A stretch of 64,000 bases of DNA. It comes from Ginglymostoma cirratum (lineage: Eukaryota). Where the stretch lies: positions 51,620,229 to 51,684,228 of the forward strand of contig JAHRHZ010000018.1 of assembly GCA_024137785.1 (NCBI GenBank), given 5' to 3'. A program made the position numbers and the translations under genes. Each line of letters starts with the position of its first letter. Within the stretch, counting starts at the first letter, position 1. The notes beneath the pieces are model-generated. The model ran no database searches and had not been told where the DNA came from. It saw only the letters and a program-made list of their open reading frames with translations. Shown piece by piece: positions 26,199-40,049 of this stretch.

Positions 26199-26899
26199 AA
26201 GTAAAGGCACTCACTCACCATCAACAAAGGCATCAAGCTTATGAAGCTGCAAGCCTGAGGTCGGTAAGACCTTCCTGCCAGTGTCTCTGCCATTGTTATG
26301 GCCTACTGCATTCTCCATGTCATGGTCCCTCTGACAGCAGTAGACCCAGATGTGCAGGGTGATGCCCTGGAAGGAGCCGGAGCCAGGAGTAGGATGTTAG
26401 ATGGGGGCAGGAAGAAGAGGTGGACGCTGGTGATGTTGAACTGCAAGCTGCCTCAGCTGCATGATGAGGCCGTCTCCTCCTGCCATCTCACCAGGAAAAG
26501 AATCTGCTCCCTCCCTGCCTTCCATTAGATACATGTTGGCATCAATGAAGAGAAGGGCTAGGCAGTCCCAGATACCAAAGATTTGGCTCCTCTTGCTTCC
26601 CTGTGCTGCAGAGAAAGATGTTGGCACAAATTACAAACTTCTGCCTCAGGACCCTCAGCTTCAGTGAGGGATGCCATAGGTTTATCTGCCCTCCTGTCCC
26701 ATTGGCTCTAAGTACACAAGAAGTACAGCTCTGTATCAATTAAAGCCTCACCCTTGGAAAGACTGGAATCCTGATCAAGTCCCCCACCCCCAGATATGGC
26801 TTCCTGCCCAAAAACAGATCCAGCTCCTGACTCCCACCATCATGGCAATATAAAATCAACCACATGTGTCTACCAGCATGAATCATATTCATTGATTCA

Positions 26900-27350
26900 G
26901 CAACAGACAGGGATAATGAGGAAAGTGCAATTGATCTTGTGTATATGAGCTTGCAAAAGGTGATTAGCAAAGTTTCACATAATAGAGATGTTAGCAAATT
27001 AAAATTTACGGATTGAAGGGACAGTAGAAGTCCAGATACAGAGTTTGCTAAAGGTCACAGAGAGTAGTGGTGAATAATAATTGTTCAGACTGGAATAATT
27101 ATACTGGGATCTTTCTGAGTAAGACTCTTCCTTATGATAAATATATCTATATTCTGTTTAGGCATGTTCTAGAATACACTGCCTGAAAGGATGCTGGAAA
27201 TATATTTAATAGTGATATTCAAAGGAGAATTCAATAAGTATTGATAGGGAAAACAATTGAAAGACTGTGGAGAAGAACAAGGGTGAAGCTTGCATTGGCT
27301 TGGCAAGCAGAAAAGTCTCCTGTGTGGTACCATTGTATGATTCTATGAAA
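26900..27350 (+). mobile_element. Decayed, internally deleted CR1 fragment
   Basis: gattgatcttgtgtatatgagcttgcaaaagg-like RT segment with tttcacat, then 3' tail gtatgattctatg. Confidence 0.55.
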
Positions 27351-28199
27351 AAAGAACTGTGGTGATATCTAGCAGCATCCACATACCCAAAATTCCCCAA
27401 CATACTCTTAATGGCAAGCAATCACTGTCAAGAAGACACGGCAATTAGTGTCTTCACAGGAAAGACTCAAACAGTAAACAAGCAATTTATCTGTTTTGCT
27501 GACATTTGTTGGTTAAATGAATATTAGTCAGGAAAATTACATTAAATTCCTTTCTTTGCTATTTCAGATAAACTATTATAGGTCAACACTATTGTATGTG
27601 GGGTTGGAAGGATCTGAAAGGGTTACTTCTTGATTGAGTGCAATAAGAACTACCCATTGTGAGGATATTTAGTAAGAGAATAAATTAGGATTCTGAGAGA
27701 ACAAACATCAGAGATTGCAAGAGTCAAAACTTAATATCCCTGGGATAAAAGGTGAAACTTTAAATGGTGCAAAAATTCAGGATGAGAAAGCAAGAATTAA
27801 AACAGAAAGGAAGTTGCAGCTCAGATTGATGCCACCATATCAGGTAGACATGAGGCACAGCTAGTAAAAAGAATGGGAACTAAGAGGCCCAAGAGATGAA
27901 TTCACATGATCCAGGAACTGCAAGCTGGGAAGTCACATACCTGTTCAAAATAGATATGCATTAGACAACTGAAACATTCTGTTCTTACATGCTATTTTCT
28001 CAGGGGCTTCCATTATAGCCAAAACAAAATTAAGTCGCAAATGCATTTGAACCTTTCATTAAAGCCACAAGGAGCACAAAAAAAAAACCTCTAAAGCGAT
28101 GAAGTTGCCGGCAGAAAAGCTGCCATCACTGCAAAATAAAAATATTTCAAGAAGATCGAATAAGATTAGGAAGCTATGGCTTCAGAAATAGTATTGACA

Positions 28200-31100
28200 G
28201 GAATTAATTTCAGAGATGGATCAAAAATAACACAATGTTTGAATTCACGGTTAAAACAATTCTTGATATGTAGAACAGCTTCTGAACTGAATACCAGGTA
28301 AGAACAACTAAATGAACTTCTGTACTCAAATGGGACAATAACAGATACTCATCAAGGAGGAAAAAAGAAACAGCATATTCGAAGTGGTATTGAAAACATT
28401 TGCCAATTAATCCAACCTCAGAATGAATAAAATTTTTCAAAGACCAAGAACTAATTGAAGAATACAGCATCCAGAGAATTCATTGATGATTTTGTTAATG
28501 GTCTGTGCAGACTAAACAAAAGGTATCACAATGGTGACTTAAAGTCAGAATTCATAAGATCCACACTGTAGGGATTCTATCAAAAATAAATAAGTTGCTG
28601 TAGGCATTAATGATGAGTCTTTGTCAGATATATTACTGTCTAAGAAAAACCTAATTCTTGAGAAAGCTATTCATTATGTGAGTGAAGCAAAGGTGTGGAA
28701 GCATCACAGGTCAATCCTAAGGGGGAGAAGATCAAACTTGGCACAGGAGACCTTCTGAATCCATTCAATTTTTAAAATAGATAATAATAAAAGACATATG
28801 TGGTGAGCATTGCAGACATCAGATTCTACAAAACCCACACAAATGCTATGGAGCAAAGACACTTCACTGGTATGAATTGGTCCAGTTACTGAAACAGAAA
28901 GCCTTTATTGTAAAGAAATAGATCACTTAAAGGAAATGTGTCAAAGAAGGACGTAGTCGCAGGAAAGCGAAATGTTAGGGAACCACCAAAGCAAGCATGA
29001 ACAAGCTCCAGTTCAAGAGAAATAAAAAGTTTTCCTTGAGGAGACTAGTGACCCAGACCAAGCATTTTGGCAAACTGACATTTATGTCAATGAGTATCTC
29101 ATTAATTTGAGTGAAACAGTGTTACAATATTATTGAAAAAAAAATACTGTTTACAGCTGACAGAAGTTCAACTACATGGTCCAAGGGACATTGCACCTGA
29201 AGTTGTGAATGTCACAGGCAGCTCTCCAACACTGAGGACACCAAATATGAGAAGATCTATAGGTATAGAGGAAGGAGATATATGTTGAATGCATCCCATT
29301 TCAAAAAGCAGAAGAAATATCCCAGTTCATGGACTGATACAAAACCACATGCCTTTTACGCCTAGGAATATATCACATCCCTTAATTGAATAACTTGAGA
29401 ACCAACTTGCAGAAACAACACGACTTAGTATTATTTCCCTCAGCACAAATTTAACAGAATAGAGTTTGAGCATGGTTACTGTTCAAATTACTATTCAAAT
29501 TTGCATTGACCTCATACAACTCAACAAGGTGGTATCAAAAGAAATTAATTTCAGACCATGGTTGAAAAGAATCCAGCTAAACTATCTAAGAGTAAAATTT
29601 GCATGAAATTCAACGCAAACAACTCACTCTGGCATGGACTATTGGACAATTAGGCAATTATGATTGCTTATACATTTGTAACTGTTGGAAATCTTTGATT
29701 TAACAGATTACCATTTGTAATTACATTTGCTACAGTGATTTTCCAATTAACTGTGTCAAATATTTTGCAATGTTTTCACAGATTCATGTGACACATGGAT
29801 GATATACTGATCCATAGGGCATTGGTTGAAGAATATGATCAGAGAGTGCATGCAGTATTAAAGGGTTTCCAAGAAGAAAGCCTTACACTTAATCACATGC
29901 TTAAATTCTCTAAAGAATCCATTTCCTGCTCGAGACACATTGCCAACAGACATAATGGGTGATACTCAGCCATCATTGAGCTCCCTATTCCAAAGTCAAT
30001 ACAGAAGATTCAAAGATATTTGAGTATGGTTAGCTAATTTTTTGCCTAATCTAACATGACAGAACCATTGAGACAACACCTCAAGAAAATACAAAGATGA
30101 TGCTGGAATTCTTATCAAGTGAACACTTTTCAGAATAGTAAGGGAATGGTGATGTTTACAGTTGTCTTAGCACCACTATAATTTTTGATTTCCAATGACA
30201 ATACTAGCTAATGCTTCAGTTGCAGGCTTAAAACAGAACTCTTTCAGGAGCAACCATGTAGCTGTCACAAACCAGCCCATTACATATCGCAGACACTTTT
30301 TTAATGCAGAAGCATGATATGCAGTAATTGCATTCTGATGGATATTTGGATTTGTAAGAGGTTTTCAGGCTCAAATCTTAAGATCAAAAGTGGTAATTAA
30401 AACAGATCAGAAGCATTAGTTTCATGACTGGATGAGAAGGAGCTTGCAAGAATGCCTAAGACTACAAACGATTTTCACTTTGTCTCATCAGGTTCACTTA
30501 TGAAACAGCATATTTGGAGAGGAAACTGCAGATGACAGGAGATACCCTCTCCAGGGTGATGGCTGAAAGCCTCAACAGTCATCATGCTGATTTCATCCAA
30601 GAAATCAAGTCACATATCTGACCCATGAGAGCACAATAACCAGGAAGGTCACAATTAGCTTATCCAGGTTCAAAAGAGCAAAGGAGACACCATCCCTAAA
30701 TTTGCACCTAGGTTTGGCCACATCAAACACCCAGTGATGTGTCTATGAAAACATAGTTGGAAGTGAGAAACCAGAGAATTTATCATCATTGATGACATAG
30801 GGTAAAGTTGTCATAGTCCTAGAGGACCATAGAACTGTTGTCTTATGAAGGAGAGATGACTGCTGGAGAGGTTAACCTGAGGGTCACCACGTCTCAGGTG
30901 AGGGGAGATGTTGAGAAGGACAGTCCTTCATGGTAACCTTAGCCACTGCAGGAATCAAATCCATGCTTTATCGTAATTTGCCAGAGCTGGGAATGGAGGA
31001 TCAAGTGTAGATCTGGGATTCAAATAGAAAAAGCACAATTGTTCACAGTGATATGATCCAACGGAGATCATACATCATTCACACCATTGAAGGGGCCCTG

Positions 31101-31350
31101 CGTGAAGGACACGCTGGAGCCTCATCCTATTATGCTTGAGTCTTACTCAGATTAATCACCTGAGAAGAATTGAATGACAATAGAGACATCAAAGGGGATC
31201 CTCAAAACTCAGACTATCAGAAAAACAACACAAGACAAACGCCTTCTACCCAACAAATTACCACTCATTCAAGTCCAAAGAAGACATGTTCAGGGAGAAT
31301 AATGTAACTCCCAAATAACTCCCAGATAAGACTTAGATTGGTGGTAGATG
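28200..31350 (+). mobile_element. Gypsy/Ty3 gag-pol remnant
   Basis: gag-like segment 28250-28720; RT motifs tttaacagattaccattt (FNRLPF) and HMDDILIH (~29793); RNase H TDQKH (~30402); DTLSR (~30541). Heavily decayed. Confidence 0.75.
30805..30990 (-). mobile_element. tRNA-derived SINE (same family as 4905-5115) inserted in the Gypsy remnant
   Basis: gaggaccatag...ggttaacctgagggtcaccacgtctcaggtgagggga...ccttcatggtaacct...ggaatcaaatcc (B box, reverse strand). Confidence 0.7.
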
Positions 31351-31749
31351 TAATTTTATAAACACCCATGTGACAAGAATAATTCTCGGAGAGAAAGCTT
31401 GAGAGGAATTTTGTACATGGATCTGGAAGTGCCTGAAAACACTAAACCTTGATTAAGTGCAACAATTAACACCAAATGTGATCATTTCATAAAGATTTGG
31501 TGATAGAATAAGTTGAGATTTCGTGAGAGATCAATCTGAGGCTTTGTCTTCTCAACAGTCTTTTTAGTGAAGTACAGCCTATTGTCAATATTTGCTGAGA
31601 TAGAATAAACTACATTTGTTTTACAGTACAAGACTTCTCATTACAGTAGAAGATGACTACTGTCATAGGCATTAGATTGCATAATACCCTAAAGAGCCCA
31701 TGTGCTCAGAAGTCACAGATGGCTTGTGTAGACCATATATTCTTATTTT

Positions 31750-32620
31750 GCTGCATTTTTGAATGTGGATTATAATTGGAAAAGGACTGTTTTAAAAACT
31801 AAGCATTATGGAAGGGATTGCTGCACTATTTAAAAGCAAGTTAATAAAACTCATTGCAAGTGGTGTTTACACCGCTGCTTTGTCTAATCAGTTAGAGATG
31901 TTTGGTTGCAGACAGACTGGCACCAGGATGGGTACCGAATGAGGTTCAGCAACCAAAAAGTAGCTAATTGGTTTGTGCAGTTGTGACTAGCTATGTAGAT
32001 AAAAAGCATCTGCCTACCAACAATTTTATCGTTAGCTCCTGGGTAGCTGAAAAACTTGTGGATGTGAATGATACTGCCAAAAGCCTTTAGATTGCCAGAA
32101 GGGAAGGTGATACATCTCTGCAGTCTGAAGAAAGCAAGTTTATGTCCCCACACATTGCTGGAAGCTTTTGCTTTCGACAAATAAGTTAGAAACTTTATAA
32201 TTTATGCCTCCAATAAGGATATGAAACATACCAGGAGAAGAGAGAATGAATTTCAGCAAGTTCTCTTTAGCAAAAGGAATATTTCAAAAAACATAATGGA
32301 CAGGGGTCATTCAGCTACCTTCCGAGTTTTCTTCCCCCATCCAGAATACCATTTTGTTTTTAATCTGTGTTGCCTGTATGTTTGTGTAGAGGCATTTTTA
32401 TCAGGGAATTAGTGTTTTAACTTCATAGACTTATAATTTGAGAGTTCATAGTTGTTTACCCAGAACTAGAACTGATTTATTTGTAATAAATAGTAATTCT
32501 TGCTAAATACAAAACCTGGCCCATGTTCCTTGTTAATCTTGGTGTACAAAGACAGATAAATTAGAGACTGTACATACTTTGATAAAACCTTTAACTTTGG
32601 TGACAATTCCAGGGTTTTGC
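31750..32620 (+). mobile_element. Putative LTR-like repeat (partner family of 9820-10900)
   Basis: Shares a block with 9855-9900 and has AATAAA at ~32484. Boundaries uncertain. Confidence 0.35.
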
Positions 32621-33244
32621 ATAAAACCGTAGTGAGGTATGATAGGGAGCATACAAGACAACAAGCATCTAGGTTAAAACATGGATGAGAGGGACTTTAA
32701 AAGAGTACACAAAGAGTTCATGCAATAACATTGCTGTGAATAACCTCCAAATTATAATGGGGGTGAACAGTGGACCATTGTGATTTTGGTCAGTGGACTA
32801 CATTCTATGCGTTGAAACTATGAATACAACTGCAATACTTGCTGAAGCTAAGGAACTGATTGTCTGTTGAATAATTTGCAAAGGGTTGAACACATGGCAT
32901 ATTACATAGGTAGGTGAGTAAGAGCAACACTTGGTGACTCGCTGCTGATTTGTTTTCCCACCCTGTAGGGAAGCATTTAAACTCTTCTCACTACCTCCGC
33001 CTGACAGTATGTTTCAGATTAGGAACACACTGCTTGAGAAATTGTAGCCAAGAACCCACTTCTCCCCATTCCATTGTGCAGCATGTTTAGCAGACGTCTG
33101 TTGCTGATTTCTCCCATAGTACCTTTTTGTCCAACTTTTTCTTGCCTTATCCCTTGCTTTGTCCATCAGACTTCCCTGTGTCTCACTGTTTATGTGTATT
33201 GTATTGCTCATTTTCAATTAACTTCTTTCTTTTTTTGTGAGTAA

Positions 33245-34100
33245 CTAAAGAGATCTTGATCAATTGGGTCATTTGGCTGAAGAGTGGCAGATGGATAATT
33301 TGGATAAATGTGAGATATTGCATTTTGGTAAAACAAAGGAGAGGACTTATACATTTAATGGTAGGGTCCTGGATAATGTTGTAAGACAGAGTTACCTCGG
33401 GGTCGAGGTACATAATTCTTTGAAATTTGATCAGAGGTAGACAGGATGGTTAAGAAGATGTTTAGCATGCGTGCCTTCATTGCTCAGACCTTTGAGTGTA
33501 GGAGTTGGGACATCATGCTAAGGCAGTACGAGACATTAGTGAGGCCACCGTCTGGAGTACTGTGTGCAGTTCTGGTTGCCCTGTTATAAGAAGGATATGA
33601 TTGAATCGGAGCGGGTTCAGAAAAGAATTACCAGGATGTTGCTGGGAATCGAGGGTTTAAGTTATAAAAATAGACTGGATAGACTGGGACTTTTTTCACT
33701 GGAGTATAGGAGATTGAGGGATGACCTTATAGAGGTTTAGAAAATCATGAGGGGCATTGATAAAGTGAACAGCAAAGCTCTTTTCCCTGAGGTGGGAGGG
33801 TTCAAAACTGGGGGGGTCATATTTTTAAGGTGAGAGGAGAAAGATTTATAAAGGAGATGAGGGGCAATTTTCTTTTACACAAAGAGCAGTTAGTGTGTAG
33901 AATGAACTGCCAGAGGAAGTGATGAATGCTGGTACAGTTACAACATTTAAGAGACATTTGGATAAGTACAGGAATAGGAAATGTTTGGACTGATACGGGC
34001 CAAACACAGGCAGGTGGGACTAGTTTAGTTTGGAAACATGGTCAGCGTGGATTAGTTGGAGCGAAGGGTCTGTTTCCAAGCTGTATGACTCTATGGCTCT
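33245..34100 (+). mobile_element. CR1 LINE RT/3' fragment
   Basis: DLDQLGHLAEEWQM...DKCEILHFG...LEYCVQFW...LGLFSLE, ending in a tatgactctatggctcta tail. Confidence 0.92.
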
Positions 34101-34809
34101 ATAACAATTGAATCCTTTGTGTATTTTAAACTAGACAGCAATTTAAGTCTTGTGAAATCGAACTTTGTTTGCTCTTCAATTACATGATGCTAGTGTGTGT
34201 GGTCAGAGTTCAGTGAGTTACAGAGAGAGGCAAAGGAACAGTGAAGTGAAAGCTATAGTGAAATGTTTACACAATGTAATTCATTTCCCAGGAACAGTTT
34301 CTTCCTTATCTCAAATGACTCCTCTCAAGTTAATAGCAGGGAGACCTTTCCACTGATGGTGCAAGTGGACACCAAGTGGGTGTGGAACAAACCAATGTTC
34401 CAAGGGTTGGATCTGCAGGAATGTGAGAACAGAGCATAACCCTGTAGCATCTCACTGGGCATCACAGGATTCTCCTGAATCCTGAATGTACAAGACTGAT
34501 TAGAAACCCTAGGATTATATAAATTAAGCAGGACTTCCTGGCAGCGAAGTGGTTTTTGTGAGTTTTATAACTCAGGTTTCATCACAATGCGGCTGATCAG
34601 CTAGACACCTTGAAAGAAATGTGGCTGATTGAAGACGGAAGGGTCATTTGTGAGGGATGCACATTCCCATGGCAGCAGCGGCTTTTCCTACCAAGCAACT
34701 GGTTAAAATGCATGAAGGTCTGATGACAGGTCATATCAAAAAAAGGAGCCTGATGATACAGCAGATCAAAATCCTGAGTATCATATCATCAAGAAAATAT
34801 AAAAATATC

Positions 34810-35570
34810 AAAATTAGGAGCAGGAGTAGGCCATTCAGCCCTTCAAAGTTGCTCTGCCATTCAATATCATGACAGCTGATCATCCAATTCATTAACCTGC
34901 TCCCACTGTCGCCCTGTACCTTTGGCCCCTTTAGCCCTAGAACTACATCTAACTCCTTCTTCAAAACATTCAATGTTTTGGCCTCAAACACTTTCTTTGT
35001 TAGAGAATTCCATAGGTTCACTTCTATCTAAAAGATAGAAGTTTTCACTTTGGAGAAGTAAAAGTTTTGAAAATTAACAATCTAATGATGACCATGAATC
35101 CATTGTCGATTGTCAGAAAAACCCATCTGGCTCATTAATGTCCTTTCTGGAAGGAAGCTGCCATCCTTACCTGGTCTGGCCTACATGTGACTCCAGATCT
35201 ACAGCAAAGTGGTTGAATCTCAACTGCCATCTGGGCAATTAGGGACAGGTAATAAATGCTGCCTAGCCAGCGACGCCCTCATCCCGTTAATGAATAAAGA
35301 AAGTGTTGACATGTTTCATCACAAGTATGCATGCTTAAAGCCACCACTCTCATTTTCACAACTTTATACATATTATATCAATACTATTATACTATTTATA
35401 TGAAACTTCCCCTCATGTCAGTGCTAAATGTCCTACCCCCTGTATCCTTAGACTGTGTCCATTGATTCTGGATCCCTAGACTTTGGGAACATCCTTTCCG
35501 CATTTACCCTATCTAGTCCTGTGAATATAGTCCTAGCCAATCCAGTCCCCTTTCCTACATCGTGCCATCA
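34810..35570 (-). mobile_element. CR1 3' fragment split by a ~375-bp insert (35028-35403)
   Basis: 34810-35025 encodes NLWNSL...FEAKTLNVLKKELD. The element resumes at ~35405 (aacttcccctcatgtcagtgctaaatg...ttaccctatctagtcctg). Confidence 0.8.
35075..35300 (+). mobile_element. 5'-truncated copy of the 24389 SINE
   Basis: aatctaatgatgaccatgaa...gggcaattagggacaggtaataaatgctgcctagccagcgacgcc...gaataaa. Confidence 0.88.
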
Positions 35571-36620
35571 TATGGTAAACTTATCATATATACTTTCCTG
35601 TTTTACACAAATATGGAAAACTTGAACCTTTAAAATTTTCTCGTTATTAAAATGTAATACCACAATGCTGTCACCCTCTATAATTAAAATTTTACAATCA
35701 AACGGCTTGAATTTGCAAGTTAAATTTAAACCTAAAGGTCATCTCTTAGCTGTAGTTCATTTCTAAACAACAAATTTAAAATATCATTTCCTCAAAATGT
35801 TGAGTCAAGAAGCAATCATTGATTGTATCAATAAATGACTCTTGGGTGCCTCACATCTGTTGTCCATGTCCTTTACAGACTGGCTTTGTAAGTGAACCAC
35901 TGAAATTTCCTTTCCCTATTGTCTTCCCTCCATTGACCGCTTTTCAGTTTGGTTACACATTACCAGGTTCTCATCCCTGTGTTCTCTTTGTGTTCTGCAC
36001 TGTGGTACCCCAGCTGCTGTTGGGTTTTCCGTAATGTTCAGCTCTACTTGCAGCAAAAACAGCATGTAGTGTTAGTGGTGTCAGGGGCTGGGGAGAGAGT
36101 TGGTTGAGAGCGAGTCGGGAACATGTTGCGGGTAATAATGAGAGTGGTATATGGTGGGTTGAGTTTGAGGAATCGGAGTGAAACTGGTTGAATCTATACT
36201 CACAGAGCAGAGAGGGCCACTGACCTTTATCCTTCAATGCTGGCCATTCCTCCAGATAGCTGAGATTGTATTAAAATGGTTGGCAACTTTGCACCAGGAA
36301 TGACATGGTCTGCATCGTCTTGTGTCATGCACTCCATTGCTGGGCCCTGGGGAAGGATGGAGTCCCACGTTGGCACTACACCATCCAGCAGGACGTACAG
36401 GATCCTGGCAGCAAGGAGGGGTACCAATTTCCCCTTGTCTGTCACATGTGGGGCAAATTTCAAGCACTGTACAGGGCAGCTCCAGACTGATAGAACATGT
36501 CCCTGTGCACAACGGACTTTTGAAGATGTTCCAGGCACAAGCGATGACAGTGAATTCTGGGGTATCCAATGAGTAGCGAGTTGTTCCAGGAAACATGCTT
36601 GGCAAAGTGTGTTGGAAACC

Positions 36621-36720
36621 GAGATAACAAGCATGGGGCTGGATGAACACAGCAGGTCAAGCAGCATCATAGGAGCAGGAAAACTTGACGTTTCGGGCCT
36701 AAACCCTTCATCAGAAATCA
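36621..36720 (-). mobile_element. PLE terminal fragment with an intact minimal hammerhead (36687-36714)
   Basis: Minus strand CTGATGA-A-GGGT TTAG GCCC-GAAA-C-GTC, with the tail shared with 8217-8310. Confidence 0.85.
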
Positions 36721-37454
36721 AATGTGAGAGATACATAGGGATGTGGTGCATAATTCAATGAGGTGAGCTTGGTACGATACAGTGAGAGGACACGCTCGGC
36801 CACGCAGTGAAAAACCCTCAAAAAAAAGTGACACAACTTGGATGTGACCACAAAAACATAAGTTGCAGGTCACGTAGCAGATTGTTGCTTTTTTAATATG
36901 ATTGACATTTTCCACTGAAAAGCCATAGTCATTTATATAATTCCAAATGAATCAGGAGCAGCAAGCATAAGGGCAGCTTTCTCTTTTGGTTGGACAAATT
37001 CCCCAAAATGTAGGGCCTTGTTAACTGCACTCAAGTTGTTATTTGTACACCTTGTCATTAACCATATGAGATTCAGTGCACCCATTGTGAAAGCTTTCAA
37101 GATGCATAAGCAATGCTACCAATGCTGAGAATATCCAGACTACACCTTGTCATATTCACCCGTGTAAGCTGGAAGAAAGAACATCACAAGGACCTATGCC
37201 ACATATTACTCTATCTACAGAGACCTAGCACAGGAGCAAAGCAGATAAGGATTTTTGTTCAGTTTCTCAGATAATTGATTACTAAGCCTAAAGCACTACA
37301 CTTGGGTTATATAAGACTTCAGTATATCTACATAAAAAGTACTGCATCTGACTTTGGTCCTACATGTTGAGGGATGTCAAGGCTTTGAGGAGGGTACAAA
37401 ACAGGGTATTTCCCCTGAATTCTGCTTCATTTCTTTTCTTGAGGATAGATTCCA

Positions 37455-37585
37455 AAACATAGAAGTTTTCACTTTGGAGAATTAAATGTTTATGAGTGTT
37501 GGCATGCATTATCACAAGTATGCATGCTTAAAGCCACCACTCTCATTTTACAATTTTGGATATATTATGTCAGTACAGTACTATC
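37455..37585 (+). repeat. Uninterrupted copy of the segment duplicated at 35030-35400
   Basis: atagaagttttcactttggagaa and atcacaagtatgcatgcttaaagccaccactctcatttt are shared exactly. Confidence 0.9.
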
Positions 37586-39169
37586 CAATGACAAAATTTG
37601 TAACATCTTAAATATCGGATTGAAAACTGTGAATATGGTTCAGAGTAAAGTTTGCAGTATTTTCAGCTTCATTTCTGCATTGCCTTCTTGGCTATCTCCA
37701 AGTTTTCTTCCTCACATCCTTTCAGTACACTTCAAATGCTGACCAAGTCCTGATCTGATGAATACCAAACATCCAGGCAGTTTGTTCTTAAGGTTAGTGG
37801 GCCTTCCATTGCTTCCAGAAAAGGTCACCTTATTTCCCAAGATGCCATCAAGACAAATGGCAACATCAAAAATTGGAGAAGTTATGCACAGCCTATGGCT
37901 GGCATGTTTGGATTTCCTCACTGCATTGCACTACTTACATCCTGTTTGCAAATACTGATCATGAGACAACACCCTTCCTAACTCGTGAGCCTGCCACTGA
38001 AAAGGTGAACTGCTGTCAGTTCCATACCAGTTTTCCCAAAGTTCCAATGGTAACAAAGCTCTGCGATGTGGCAAGCAGAATGCAGAAAATAACTCCTGGA
38101 TTATGTGCGAAGAAATTATATCATCAAGGAATGAAGCTCTTCCACAAACAGGATCATTCTAATTCAGAGAAGATAGCAAGCAAGTCAATGCTTTTGTGAA
38201 CCAGACTGTGCTATAAATAAGGTGCTATCACATCCAAAGAACAAAATAAACAAAGGTTGTTTCTTCATTAAGGTTCATCAAATCTGTGCTGCTGCTGCTC
38301 TGTCAATATGTTAAAACTAAAGTTGAAAGTTTGGCTTTTTGCAAATCTGTAAGGGAATCCATTAAAGTAGATCAGAGTGACCTAACTCCCTGCCCCCTAC
38401 TACCTGCATTAGATTTCATGTATATAGGTCATCCTCATATTTTATAAGTTATTAAAACCAATTACTTTAAGATCCCTTGCCAGCTGTATCTTTTTACTCA
38501 TCTGTAAGCTTGACCTGGTTTACATAAGCATTTGCAAAAATGGATAGTGCTATTTAACTCCATATGGCAGTATGACACTTTACCTTCTCCTCACTGGGTA
38601 CAATGACCCTTCATCACTGCTTAAAGGAAAGCTGTGGAACAGAGATGCATGATTCAAGAACTGATAACATAGTTCCAACCTTCCCAAATACAGAGGACAA
38701 AGGATAAGCTATAGCGTTGAATGCATTCAATTAGGAGATTATCACGAAATGCTACTTTTTAGTTTCAAAAGAGAATTCAAAAGGAAATTATCACTAAAGC
38801 CATCAACTGAAGCCATGGACACTATGGAATTTTAATTTTATTGCTCACACATATTTCTACACAGCATATTATACATTTTATAGACCCTTTAACCTGCTTC
38901 AATATCATCTCTGCTTATATCCTATCTCACCAGCATCACTGGTGATGGCACAGTGGGTGGCATAGTATAGGACAGTCAGGAAGATGCAGTTCAGTAGTTC
39001 CTAACATTGCTGGACAGTGACATTAGGTGTACTTTTCTACCGATTACCTCCATCTACCCTTCCTCCAAAGATGAATGATCTCTCCTCTGTGTTTAATGAT
39101 CCTTCAAAGAAGCCCTGATGGCATTCAGTAAGAGCAATGTAGTCTGGGTGGGGAAAGTTTTCTGAGGAT

Positions 39170-39845
39170 CCCCCAACACAGAAGCCAGTGTTCAGTAAAT
39201 TCTATCACTCCATATGGTATTAAGATGCAGCAAAGTCTCCGGGCTCCAACAACATCTCAATTGCAATGCTCCAGAACTAGGTGTGCATCTTGCCAAGCTA
39301 TTTCAGTACGGGTAGAGCTCTGGCAGTTGTCTAAAAACTGTGAAGCAATGCCAAGGGATGTGCTGTCCACAAAAATCAGGACAAATCCAATCGGATCAAT
39401 TACCACTTTATCTGTATTTTCCCAGTTACCAGCAAAGTAATGGCCAGTTGTCATCCACTGTGCCACAAAGCACCATTTACTCAGCAATAACCCTGCACAT
39501 CGACATTCAGTTTGGATTCTGTTAGGACAAAACTTAATTCCAGACCTCAGTGTAGTCTTTGTCAAAAGACCCAAACTCCAGAGTTCCTGCTCTTGACATC
39601 AAGGAAGCATTTGATTAAATTTGGCATTACACATCATCCCAGCTGATAACTATCTCACTTTTTCTGTGCTGTGACTGGTCAAAATCCTGAAACACCCTCC
39701 CTAGTAACACTGTTGGAATACCTTCATAGCACAGACAGAAATGGTTTAAGAGAATGATTCAACACCAGCTTTAAAAGAACAATCAGGCTTGAGTAATAGA
39801 TAATGGTCCTGACAGCTGTGTTCACATCCCTTAAATGATTTTTTT
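39170..39845 (+). mobile_element. APE-type LINE (CR1 group, clade undetermined): RT fragments and 3' end
   Basis: QDKSNRINYH (NYRPI equivalent), ALDIKEAFD*IWH, then a 3' end gtcaaaatcctgaaacaccctccct...cacatcccttaaatga resembling the 24389 SINE tail. Confidence 0.7.
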
Positions 39846-40049
39846 ATATAAAAAGGATGGACTATGGATGCAGTTACATTGTGAAGAAGGTCTTAAACCT
39901 ATGGATCCTGCATCATAACCTTCTTAAAGCCCTAATTTTCTTCATGAAAATGTGATGTACGGTATGCAGTTCTCTGAGATGGAAGTAATAACACACAAGA
40001 ACAGAAAAGGAAAGATAAATTCCACTAATACTGCAATCTTCCTGCCCTT

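Noticed and set aside
26290-26700. GC-rich ORF-bearing segment, possibly another Harbinger Myb start
   Set aside because: Motif match too weak to call.
36234-36650. ORF containing VANHFN, as in the PLE endonuclease
   Set aside because: No GIY/YIG motifs or downstream E/N residues, and it lies on the wrong side of the pLTR. Treated as coincidence.
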